A DNA stretch of 64,000 bases from the NCBI GenBank assembly GCA_016928995.1, contig JAFGJS010000037.1, forward strand, positions 5,895-69,894, in the 5' to 3' direction. A program made the position numbers and the translations under genes. The DNA is from Candidatus Sumerlaeota bacterium. GTDB lineage: Bacteria > Sumerlaeota > Sumerlaeia > JAFGJS01. Positions 31,315-39,823 of the stretch are shown here, piece after piece (position 1 is the first letter of the stretch; each line of letters begins with the position of its first letter). Below the pieces are notes generated by a model that searched no databases, was not told the DNA's origin, and saw only the letters and a program-made list of their open reading frames with translations.

Positions 31315-34300
31315 TTGGAGCGGATCATGGACGAGTCGATGGATGCCCGGAAGCTGGATGCGCTGTTGCGGCGGATCGATGGGCTGGATGACGAACTGCG
31401 GCGGATGAAATTTCGCCTGGAGCGTATTGAACAACAGCGGGAACCGGCGCCGCGCGAGGAGGACGGCGTTGTCGCGCCATCGAAGCCCGGAGAAGCAGCG
31501 GTAGACCTTGCCGTACAAAGTCCCGATGATTCTGATGAGAAATCCGGAACGCCAACCGCATCTCAGACTCCGCTGCCTCCGCCTTTGCCTGCCATATCGA
31601 TTCCCCTCGTATTGGATTCAAGCGAGCGGTCCATGACGTTGGAGGAGGTGTTGCTCGAGCGCCAAGCGAAACGCGGGCCGATCGAGGCGGGCGAACCGGA
31701 AGTCGCGCCGCTGACACCGGAGAGTCAAGCGAGCAAGCCAATGACAGAGTATGAGCCGGCGATTGGCCTGGAGCATCCGCTGCATCAGTTTAGCGTGAAA
31801 GAGAAGCCGTTTGGCTCGCGGTTTTATGAATGGTGCGTCAAGCAATGTCCGCCGCTCAAGCCCCTGCTCGACTGGTTCGTGCCGGCTGAAGGCGAGCATT
31901 TCAGCATCGATGAGATCCTGGTGCGTGTGTTCGCCGTGGTCGGCGTGATGGCGGCGGTGATCGCGGGCGGATACTTTTCCACGCTGGTGCACAACCGGAT
32001 TCCGCCGATCGGCAAGGTGGGCCTGATGTACGCGGCTGCGGCGGGCATGTTCGTCACGGGTTGGCGCATGAGCGAGCAATTGCGCAAGCTGGCGCGGCCG
32101 ATGATGGCGGGAGGCGTGGCGATCTTTTATTTCACCTCGTACGCCGCGCATTTCATCGAGGCGACCCACGCGTTCAATCTCCCCGTTTCGCTGACGCTGA
32201 TGACGGTCGCGTTGGTTGGGATGATCGCGCTGGCGGAGCGCTTGCGCAGCGAGATGCTCGCGATTTTCACCGTTTTTCTGGGTTACCTGACGGCGTACGT
32301 GAGCGGCTCGTCGGAGTATGCGCTGATCGCCAACGGTTCTATCGCCATCGCCGCGATGGTCTTCCTGATGCGCAACGGTTGGGCGCGGCTGTCCGAGATT
32401 TCGGTGATCGGCACGTATGTCTTCCACCTGGTCTGGATGTTCTTCTGGGATCATCCACCAACTACGCCGCAGCAGGCGTTTTTGCTGAACATGGGCACGC
32501 TGCTGGGCTACTTTGTGGTTCACCTGTTCGGCGCGATGACAGCGGATGCGGCGCGCGGCGGGATCGAGCCGTGGAAGACCCGGCGTTTGCTCTACCTGGC
32601 GTGGAACGCGATGATCTTCTGGTCCGTGTCGCTGATCGTGTTCCAGGAGACGCGCATCTATCTTGACCATACGGAATGGCTGCATTTCGCGCTGGCGGCG
32701 GTGTTGTTGCTCAGCGCGGCATGGTACCGGCGGATCAGCGAAGATGCGTTTCAACTGCTGCTGGGGCTGAGCCTGACGCTGGCGACCATCGGCGTGATGA
32801 CGGCGTGCTCGGGGAACGTGCTGTACCTGGCGCTGATGGCGGAAGGCGCCGCGCTGCTCTTCGTGGGCAAGCGCGCGAAGTTGAGCCAGGGGCGCTACGG
32901 CGGCGTGATCGTGTTGCTGATCGCGGCGGGATCGTTGCTGGCGCATCAATTCACGCACGTGGAACACACGCAAAGAGTCTTCATCAATTGGCGCGATCCG
33001 CATTGTTGGGCGGCGCTGTTCGGCTGCGTCACGCTGGCCGGTTTGGGCGGATGGTATCAATGGCTGTATGGGCTCCGCAAAACGCATCAGCCGGAAGAAT
33101 CCATCGCACTGGACAGTGAGGATCAATCTTCCTCGTTCTCGTTCTCGTCCTCGTTCTCGAACCAAGAGCAACGTCCAGCGGTTGATGACGAAAGTTTGCC
33201 ATTCATTTCCACTTCCATGATTTCGCGCCTGCTGATCTATCTCTCCGTGCCCCTGTTCATGATTGTGTCGTTCATCTATGGAGAAGTTCACGTGATGACT
33301 TGGCTGCCGTTGATCGGACTGGCGTTTCTCCTCGCGGGAATCGCGCTGCGCCATCCGCCGTATCTGGTTTCCAGTTTGGGCGTGCTGGCGCTGCATGGAT
33401 TGGCCGGCTTGATTCTGATCAACGCCGATCCAGGCGAGCTGTTGATAAAAGAGCAAATCGCCGGGATCGCGCTGGTGTTGGCTTGCGGCGCGCTGTGCGA
33501 GTGGCGGCTGCGCGATGTGACGCGGCTCTACCTGCTGCGGCTGGTGGACCGGCTGGCGTATCTGCCGATGTTCTCCTTCGCCGCGTTGAGCTGCGCGTTG
33601 ATGCTGGAGCAGCTCGAGCCGCATTGGTGCGTGGGTTCGCTGGCGATCTTTCTGGCGGCGCTGCTGGGCGTTGGATGGGGCGCGCGATGCCGCTCGCTGA
33701 CGGATGCGGCTATCGTGCCGTTCGCGGTGTTGTCGTTGCGGATTATGTACGAGATCTATCACTTCAGGACAGGTTCGATGGCGCTGGTTGGTTTTCAGGT
33801 CAGCCACGGCGCGGCGCTACTGATGCTGTTCGCCGCGACGCACTTCACCGAGCAGCCGTTCGTGCGTGAGCGCCTGCGCGGCGCAATGATGGCCGCGCAA
33901 TGGATCGCCGCGCTGCTGGTCTGCGCGCCGGCGGCCGTCGGGATTGTTTATTTCACGGAGAGCTTTGCAGCGGTGCAAGGCGTGATTCTCGCCGCCGCGT
34001 GCGGAGCGGTTCTGGCTTTGTTCATGGGCTGGCGGAGGTCGATTCCGCTTTCTCTGGCGGGCTGGCTCTGGCTGGCCTATGGGCATGCGCTGTATCAACT
34101 CCGGCTGAGCAACGACGCCTTTGCGCCCGAACCGGGCCAGCCGATTGTCATCTGTCTGGCCGCGCTGTTAGCGATCACCATCGCTGTCGAGCGCACGTCC
34201 GGTATGGGGCTGGCGAAATGGATCGAGCAGGCGCCGGAAGCGGAGACGCCCCAACAAATTCAACGCTTCCTGAATTGGGCCTTGGGCGGAGCGATTGCGA

Positions 34301-34599
34301 TTGCGCTGCTGCACGGACTATACGCCCACCCAGCTCTGCATCCGGCGTTTGTCACGGTCAGCTGGACGCTCTCCGGACTGGCGCTTTGTCTGCTTGGGGC
34401 GTTATTGCGCGTGCGGCTATATCCGCGAGCCGGATTCGCCCTGCTGCTCTGCGCGATCTTCCGCGCTTTCATCGTAGACGTGACGCAGCTCGAGCAGACG
34501 CTCCATCGTATGATCGCCTTTCTCGTGCTCGGCGTGATTCTGATGGGCGTGAGTTACGGCTACATGAAACTCAAATCCCGCATCGACGCCTGGCGCTGA
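31315..34599 (+). CDS. Large polytopic membrane protein (1094 aa, DUF2339-like) with an N-terminal coiled-coil; the true start is possibly at 31327.
   Basis: More than 20 predicted TM helices. The N-terminal RRIDGLDDELRRMKFRLERIE is a heptad. An in-frame SSFSFSSSFS insert is encoded by the (CGTTCT)n array. Confidence 0.6.
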   Translation: MERIMDESMDARKLDALLRRIDGLDDELRRMKFRLERIEQQREPAPREEDGVVAPSKPGEAAVDLAVQSPDDSDEKSGTPTASQTPLPPPLPAISIPLVLDSSERSMTLEEVLLERQAKRGPIEAGEPEVAPLTPESQASKPMTEYEPAIGLEHPLHQFSVKEKPFGSRFYEWCVKQCPPLKPLLDWFVPAEGEHFSIDEILVRVFAVVGVMAAVIAGGYFSTLVHNRIPPIGKVGLMYAAAAGMFVTGWRMSEQLRKLARPMMAGGVAIFYFTSYAAHFIEATHAFNLPVSLTLMTVALVGMIALAERLRSEMLAIFTVFLGYLTAYVSGSSEYALIANGSIAIAAMVFLMRNGWARLSEISVIGTYVFHLVWMFFWDHPPTTPQQAFLLNMGTLLGYFVVHLFGAMTADAARGGIEPWKTRRLLYLAWNAMIFWSVSLIVFQETRIYLDHTEWLHFALAAVLLLSAAWYRRISEDAFQLLLGLSLTLATIGVMTACSGNVLYLALMAEGAALLFVGKRAKLSQGRYGGVIVLLIAAGSLLAHQFTHVEHTQRVFINWRDPHCWAALFGCVTLAGLGGWYQWLYGLRKTHQPEESIALDSEDQSSSFSFSSSFSNQEQRPAVDDESLPFISTSMISRLLIYLSVPLFMIVSFIYGEVHVMTWLPLIGLAFLLAGIALRHPPYLVSSLGVLALHGLAGLILINADPGELLIKEQIAGIALVLACGALCEWRLRDVTRLYLLRLVDRLAYLPMFSFAALSCALMLEQLEPHWCVGSLAIFLAALLGVGWGARCRSLTDAAIVPFAVLSLRIMYEIYHFRTGSMALVGFQVSHGAALLMLFAATHFTEQPFVRERLRGAMMAAQWIAALLVCAPAAVGIVYFTESFAAVQGVILAAACGAVLALFMGWRRSIPLSLAGWLWLAYGHALYQLRLSNDAFAPEPGQPIVICLAALLAITIAVERTSGMGLAKWIEQAPEAETPQQIQRFLNWALGGAIAIALLHGLYAHPALHPAFVTVSWTLSGLALCLLGALLRVRLYPRAGFALLLCAIFRAFIVDVTQLEQTLHRMIAFLVLGVILMGVSYGYMKLKSRIDAWR

Positions 34600-34689
34600 G
34601 CGGTGATCGAATGCCTTGACATGGATGGATCATTATGATTTGTTATGTGAAAAAAGGGGACTTCCGAGGCAATGCCAGCTTATACGTTA

Positions 34690-34750
34690 TTGATCGCGCA
34701 GAGACGCAGAGGATTACAATAACATCAAATCTCTGCGTCTCCGCGTGAAA
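34690..34750. promoter_or_regulatory. Long hairpin (about 12-bp perfect stem GAGACGCAGAG with a 19-nt AT-rich loop) at the left edge of the low-GC islet.
   Basis: GCGCAGAGACGCAGAGG attacaataacatcaaat CTCTGCGTCTCCGCG, with no T-run after it. Confidence 0.4.
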
Positions 34751-34837
34751 GAAATATTCTATCGGGAAAACGAGTGTGGAGGAACTGCGGAGTATTAAGC
34801 GTTTTTCAATAGTAATTTGAAAGGCAAAGGAAATGAC

Positions 34838-35611
34838 ATGAGAAAAAAAACGATTATACTTATCCTCATTCTGATGGGATCGTTATCCGCATACGCGGAA
34901 GACATGCAGAAGTATTTGAGAGATACACAGGTTTTGGCTCGGCAAGGGAAGCACCAGGAAGCTCTTGAACGGTATATCTGGTTTCATAACCATGCCCTTG
35001 AGCATGAACCGGCCGCCATGTATGGAGTGCGCCTGTCGTTTGCCCTGGAATACTGGAGGCAACTTGGCGAGGTCTATCCTCCTGCGTTAGCCGCGCTGAA
35101 GAAGACGAGAGACGACAAAACAGAGCTAATGGAAAAAGGGAAGGGCAATCGTGAGTTATTTCATGACGTCCTGGCCCTTAACCGAACGCTGAATAATAGC
35201 CGCAAGACAGTCGATCTGTTTCAAAAACTCGATCAGGAACAGGAAGAGTTGGCGAAGCAATGCTGGGATATCGCCGAAGAAACAGTAATTGATGCGAAAG
35301 AGTATGAACTTGCAGGAAAGTATATCGGAGATCCAATACGCGCATTTGACAAAGTAAAAGAGACATATGACGAAATGAAAGCGATGGATGATGAAGAAAG
35401 CATGGGGGTGGAATTTAAAACATTCTATCAGAATAGCTTTGTCGAGGACGCGTTGCGATTGATCAAAGTGTCGCTGGCGCTGGATAACGCAGAGGCCGCC
35501 AGAAAAGTACAAGCGAAGGCATTGGCCGTTCTTGACGACAAGCGCCTCCATGACTGCGTGCCTAAACAGACAAAGGAAGAGGCGCAGCAGAAGGATTCAT
35601 CGGACAAGTAA
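34838..35611 (+). CDS. Secreted alpha-helical hypothetical protein in a low-GC context.
   Basis: Signal peptide MRKKTIILILILMGSLSAYA. The body is K/E-rich and helical, and the GC content is visibly lower than the flanks. Confidence 0.55.
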   Translation: MRKKTIILILILMGSLSAYAEDMQKYLRDTQVLARQGKHQEALERYIWFHNHALEHEPAAMYGVRLSFALEYWRQLGEVYPPALAALKKTRDDKTELMEKGKGNRELFHDVLALNRTLNNSRKTVDLFQKLDQEQEELAKQCWDIAEETVIDAKEYELAGKYIGDPIRAFDKVKETYDEMKAMDDEESMGVEFKTFYQNSFVEDALRLIKVSLALDNAEAARKVQAKALAVLDDKRLHDCVPKQTKEEAQQKDSSDK

Positions 35612-35628
35612 AAAAATCAGAAAGGAAC

Positions 35629-36300
35629 ATGATGAAACCTGCAATCACATCGGAAGCCGTCGTTCAAACATTGGAGAAACTATACGCCGATGCAGCGACA
35701 AAGCATCATTTTCCTAGAACTAAGAAGGAAAATTCCCCCATCGACCATACGGATGAAAAAGCGTTCTACAAATCCATGAGCCACGCTTACATGGCGGTGA
35801 ACCGCGAATTCGGCAACCTGCTTTATGCTCTCGCTCGCGCGTCCAGGGCGACAACGGTTGTCGAGTTTGGTACATCATTCGGCATATCGACCATTTATCT
35901 GGCCGCCGCCGTTAAAGACAATGGCGGCGGGAAAGTGGTCAGCACCGAATTCATCCCGGAAAAGGCGGAACAGGCGAAGCGGAATCTCGCGGAGGCCGGA
36001 TTGGCGGAATTCGTGGAAATCCGCGTGGGTGATGCGCTGGAAACGCTGAAAAACAATCCCGTGCAAAGTATCGATTTTGTCATGCTCGACGGCGCCAAGA
36101 GCCTTTACTTTGATGTGTTCAAAATTCTTGAGCCTGCGATGAAATCGGGGGCCATCATCGCCAGCGATAACACCGACAGCCCGGACCTGCAAAACTTTCT
36201 GGATTATGTGCGCTTTCCTGAAAACGGCTACATCACTTCCCCCATTTCCACGCACGGAGGACCGGGAGGAAGAGGACATGAAATCACGGTTAAAATCTAG
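35629..36300 (+). CDS. Class I SAM-dependent O-methyltransferase (family 3, caffeoyl-CoA OMT-like).
   Basis: VVEFGTSFGISTIYLAAAV ... VSTEFIPEKAEQAKRNLAEAGL ... FVMLDGAKSLY matches the fold. The gene is low-GC. Confidence 0.8.
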   Translation: MMKPAITSEAVVQTLEKLYADAATKHHFPRTKKENSPIDHTDEKAFYKSMSHAYMAVNREFGNLLYALARASRATTVVEFGTSFGISTIYLAAAVKDNGGGKVVSTEFIPEKAEQAKRNLAEAGLAEFVEIRVGDALETLKNNPVQSIDFVMLDGAKSLYFDVFKILEPAMKSGAIIASDNTDSPDLQNFLDYVRFPENGYITSPISTHGGPGGRGHEITVKI

Positions 36301-36329
36301 TGTCATGTCACGCTTGAAAAGTCGTTATG

Positions 36330-36402
36330 TAGGGTGGGCCTTGGCCCACCATGTTGTTTGAATTGCCGCACATCTTGGTGGGCCAAGGCCCCCCCTACAT
36401 CT
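36330..36402. repeat. Nested palindrome: a 23-bp inverted repeat whose arms are themselves palindromes (GGTGGGCCTTGGCCCACC / GGTGGGCCAAGGCCCCCC); REP/BIME-like or a bidirectional terminator.
   Basis: TGTAGGGTGGGCCTTGGCCCACC, a 26-nt spacer, then GGTGGGCCAAGGCCCCCCCTACA. The first hairpin is followed by ATGTTGTTTG, so it is plausibly the terminator of the O-methyltransferase gene. Confidence 0.5.
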
Positions 36403-36511
36403 TTGTGCATCCCTTTTCATCTGCGAACTTCCGTCACCGGCTGTCATGATTTTTGCGGGGCAAAAATCCCGCCAGCCTTGGGTTGTTTTGTGCGTTCACC
36501 CAGGCCGGCGC

Positions 36512-36780
36512 TCACGGCCGCTTTGCGGCCTACGCTCTGGCCTGGGCTGTGATGCATAGCGCTTTCAGCGCTGATATGGAGCCATGATTAAAGAGATTTG
36601 AAATCGTGATTACATCCAGAGCGTAACGTTCGGTCGTTTTGTGGCGTTTTGCGTTCGTTGCAGTGAACCAAACCGACAACCGCGTTGCGAAACGCGCCGC
36701 TGGCGCCTTTCGCTGCTCTGGTCTGGGCTGAATTACGCAGCGCTTTCAGAGCTGATAAGAAGCCATGAGTAAAGAGATGA
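36512..36780 (+). repeat. Two copies of a roughly 65-nt direct repeat (about 80% identical) in a hairpin-rich non-coding stretch.
   Basis: Copy 1 (about 36531-36595): GCTCTGGCCTGGGCTGTGATGCATAGCGCTTTCAGCGCTGATATGGAGCCATGATTAAAGAGAT. Copy 2 (about 36715-36778): GCTCTGGTCTGGGCTGAATTACGCAGCGCTTTCAGAGCTGATAAGAAGCCATGAGTAAAGAGAT. Extra hairpins lie at 36448 (9-bp stem), 36515 and 36672 (GCGA tetraloop). Confidence 0.5.
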
Positions 36781-36838
36781 CCACCGTGGATGAAATGAAA
36801 TGCGCCCGTTTTTGTGCAAAATCTGAACGCTGGACTTG
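36764..36838 (+). CDS. Speculative 24-aa mini-ORF MSKEMTTVDEMKCARFCAKSERWT (CxxxC), starting inside repeat copy 2.
   Basis: It runs ATG to TGA in frame. The degenerate copy 1 starts the same way but stops after 5 codons. I saw no ribosome-binding site, so confidence is low. Confidence 0.15.
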
Positions 36839-36928
36839 ACCGCGCGGCGCTTCTTGATATATCCTTTTTCTTAGTCTGCAACCACATCGTGGTCTGCGGT
36901 TTTTCAACTTCAGGGCAGGGGTTCCTTT

Positions 36929-38182
36929 GTGCAGGTTGTTGAAGACACGCAAAGCCTGTGGCTGGGAGTGGCCACGCACCTGATGGTCTTTGAGCCGGGT
37001 CCGCGCGGCGAGGTGGCTTATCGTCTGGGCACGCGGCCGGTTGAGCGCGCGTGGCTCGGCGAGGAGTATCACGGGCGGCAGATCCCCGCAATTGTCCAGC
37101 CTTCCTACGCCGCTTTTTTCGATCCGAACGACGATCAGCTGATCGGGCTGTTTTTCGAGCGCGGCGTGGACGATATGTTTGTTTTTTGCGGCCGGCGCTG
37201 GGGCGACGTGGCCGTCGATACGGGCGAGGAGTTTGAGACGGATCGTGCAGCGGACCTGATCCACTCCATGAACACGTCCGTGCTGGTGCATGACGCGCCG
37301 CCGACGGTGAGTATGCGTTTTCTGATGAATATGCATAACATCCGGCACTTCGCGCCGGAGGTCATACGCGCCATTCGCCATTCGAGCCAGCTGAACTACC
37401 TGGAGTTTCGTTGCGAGGCGGCGACGGGGCTGTTCCAGCGTTGCCAGTTGGAGGTGCTGCATAAACACACGCAACATCTGCTCGACACGGCGGAGTTCGA
37501 CGTTTTCCCCGTCATCTGGCCGGTGCGACCGCAGACCGGCGAGGAAATCCGCCGCGCCGCAGCCGCTCGCCGCGCGCCCAAACCGCAGCCCGCCAAACCA
37601 GTCAAACCGCTGACGCCGACGTTGCATCTCGATCCGCTGGAGATGACGCGCGCGATTCACGATGAGCCGGAGCTCAGCCGGCGCTGGCAGATGATCGTGC
37701 AGAACCTGGAGCAGGCCGACGCCGGACGCACCTACCACTTGCTGTCGGATTTCACCCCGTTGATCGCCGGGCATATCAAGGCCTGGCCCGCGCGGCGGTT
37801 GATTAAAATCTTTGGCCAGCAGGCGGGTTTCACGCTAGTCGGCGTGTGTAAGGATCTGACGAATGAAAAAGTGCTGCAATTGGCTGATATCGTGGCGGGA
37901 CGCGAGAGCCTGATCGACTGGCTCGATGAACGCGAGACGGACCGCTTGATGCGGACTGATTTTGACGCGCTGCAACAGCTGACGCCGGATAGCGCGCGCG
38001 AATGGCTGAATGTCTCGCCGGGCTGTTCTTCCGAGTGGATTCGCAAAGTCTGGCGCCGGCTGCTGGCGTTCATCAACGCCGACTTCGGCCGCGGCGGCAG
38101 CGAAAAGGCGATCCATCAGAAGAAGGATAAAATTGCTAAGCGCCTGCTGGCCGCGCGCGACTGCCTGATCCAGGCCGATTGA
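36929..38182 (+). CDS. Hypothetical protein (417 aa) with a Pro/Ala/Lys-rich linker and a C-terminal degenerate J-domain-like segment lacking HPD.
   Basis: The C-terminus (LNVSPGCSSEWIRKVWRRLLAFINADFGRGGSEKAIHQKKDKIAKRLLAARDCL) has J-domain helix II/III spacing, but HPD is replaced by NAD. Confidence 0.5.
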   Translation: MQVVEDTQSLWLGVATHLMVFEPGPRGEVAYRLGTRPVERAWLGEEYHGRQIPAIVQPSYAAFFDPNDDQLIGLFFERGVDDMFVFCGRRWGDVAVDTGEEFETDRAADLIHSMNTSVLVHDAPPTVSMRFLMNMHNIRHFAPEVIRAIRHSSQLNYLEFRCEAATGLFQRCQLEVLHKHTQHLLDTAEFDVFPVIWPVRPQTGEEIRRAAAARRAPKPQPAKPVKPLTPTLHLDPLEMTRAIHDEPELSRRWQMIVQNLEQADAGRTYHLLSDFTPLIAGHIKAWPARRLIKIFGQQAGFTLVGVCKDLTNEKVLQLADIVAGRESLIDWLDERETDRLMRTDFDALQQLTPDSAREWLNVSPGCSSEWIRKVWRRLLAFINADFGRGGSEKAIHQKKDKIAKRLLAARDCLIQAD

Positions 38183-38194
38183 AAAAAGTAGATT

Positions 38195-39631
38195 TCAGTT
38201 TTCTTGTTCAATCACGCGCATACCGCGCCAGGGGCCGCGGATGAAGCGCAGGAAGAAGCAAAAACCGAGCGTCACGACGTTCAGCGCAAGAAACAGCCAC
38301 ACCATATAAAGCCCGCCAATTTCGAAGTGGATCACGCAGTACGTCGGCGTGACGAGCAACAACCAGCCGCAAACCAGCGACGTGTTCATCACAAAGCGCG
38401 TATCGCCCGCGCCCTTCAGCGCCGAAGAAAAAATGATATTCAGCGTGTCGAACAGCGAATAGACCGCCACGTAGCGCAGCAGGATGATCGCGAGCGGTTT
38501 GATTTGCTCGAAATGCAAGATCTCCTCCGGGTCCGCCGGACGGAAGGGAAGGATGAACAGCAGCGGAACCAAAACATACGCCACGGAGATCGCCGCCATG
38601 TATGAGAAAGTCATATGCAGCGCCGACCATGTGGCTTTGTCCGCCAGATCCGGCCGATTCGCGCCGAGTCCGCGTCCGACCAAGGTCGAGGTGGCGATGC
38701 CGAAGCCGACCATCGGCAAAAACGCCAGCATGTTGATTTGCATCGCCATGTTGGTCGAGGCCAGTTCCAGCCGTCCCAGCCTGCCGATCAGCGCGATGAA
38801 CAGCGCAAAGGAGGAGATATCGAGCGTGAATTGCACCCCGCTGGGCAAGCCGAAACGCAGCAGTCGAATCAACAAGGCTGTATCCAGTCGCCATGTGCGC
38901 AGCGTGCTGTACTTTTCGCGATAGTGCCGCGTCGCCGTCAGCGCGGCGTAAAGGCATGTCTGGAAAATGACAGAGGAGACCGTGGCCCAGGCGGCGCCCT
39001 TCAAGCCGAGTTCCGGCGCGCCGAATTTACCGAAAACAAAAATCCAGGTCAGCAGGACGTTCGCCGCGGTCGAGGCCACGTTGCAATATAGCGGGATCAT
39101 CGGCTTGTTCACGCCGGTGAAGAATCCCGAGAGCGCGCCGTTCGCCACGACGAAACCGCCGCCAAGCAGGGCGATGCGAAAATATTCCGTCTCCAGTTTC
39201 ACCAACTGCGCGTCATGTCCGATCCGTTCGAATAAAATGCCGGCGAAGGGGATGAACGCCAGCATGGCCAGGCCGGAGAAAATGGAAAAATATATCGATT
39301 GCCAAAGCGATACTCCGATCCGGTCGTAGCGCTTTGCGCCGAAATACTGCGAGACGAACGTGTTGACGTAGCCGCCCGTGCCAAGGAAGAAACTGATCAC
39401 GGAGAAGGAGAGAATGCCGGCTGGAAATGCGGCGGTGAATTCATCCGTGGAATGCCAGTTCAGGAACATGCGGTCGACGAAATGCTGCACGGAAATCGAG
39501 CCTGTGCTGATCACCAGCGGCCAGGCCAGCGTAAGCACTTCGCGATAGCCCGACGCCGCGTTCCAGCGTTCGCGCAGGGCTTGCCGCGCGCCAGAGGCTC
39601 CGCGACGTTTGATGTTGTCCGCCGGTTCCAT
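38195..39631 (-). CDS. MATE-family (MOP superfamily) transporter.
   Basis: 12 TM helices, the NorM-like N-terminus (LTLAWPLVISTGSISVQHFVDRMFL) and internal duplication. Confidence 0.85.
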   Translation of the reverse strand: MEPADNIKRRGASGARQALRERWNAASGYREVLTLAWPLVISTGSISVQHFVDRMFLNWHSTDEFTAAFPAGILSFSVISFFLGTGGYVNTFVSQYFGAKRYDRIGVSLWQSIYFSIFSGLAMLAFIPFAGILFERIGHDAQLVKLETEYFRIALLGGGFVVANGALSGFFTGVNKPMIPLYCNVASTAANVLLTWIFVFGKFGAPELGLKGAAWATVSSVIFQTCLYAALTATRHYREKYSTLRTWRLDTALLIRLLRFGLPSGVQFTLDISSFALFIALIGRLGRLELASTNMAMQINMLAFLPMVGFGIATSTLVGRGLGANRPDLADKATWSALHMTFSYMAAISVAYVLVPLLFILPFRPADPEEILHFEQIKPLAIILLRYVAVYSLFDTLNIIFSSALKGAGDTRFVMNTSLVCGWLLLVTPTYCVIHFEIGGLYMVWLFLALNVVTLGFCFFLRFIRGPWRGMRVIEQEN

Positions 39632-39823
39632 CGTTCGTCCTTCGAAAAAAGAAGCGCAACCTTAATCCCGCGATTGGCCATGCGCAATTGAAAGATGCGA
39701 TCGCGATTCATTTACTGGAATATGGAGTCAAAGCCGTCAGACAAGTCCGACCGGTCGGACCAGTCGGACCGATTGGATGGCACGCTTTGTGTGTTTTTAG
39801 TGTAATGCCGGGATTTACGAAAC

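Noticed and set aside
31618-33807. A 729-aa minus-strand ORF antisense to the large membrane protein gene.
   Set aside because: Its composition is extremely Arg/Gln/His-rich with no hydrophobic core or motifs. It mirrors the sense gene's codon position 3 GC bias. I judged it an artefact.
36334-36552. A 72-aa ORF across the nested palindrome and hairpins downstream of the O-methyltransferase.
   Set aside because: It reads straight through perfect hairpins and terminator-like structure, and its Pro/Cys/Leu-rich translation has no features.
36588-37774. Minus-strand ORFs (167 aa and 342 aa) overlapping the repeat region and the 417-aa gene.
   Set aside because: Their translations are Arg/Ala/Pro-rich antisense products. 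The plus-strand 417-aa ORF has coherent composition and a J-like C-terminus.
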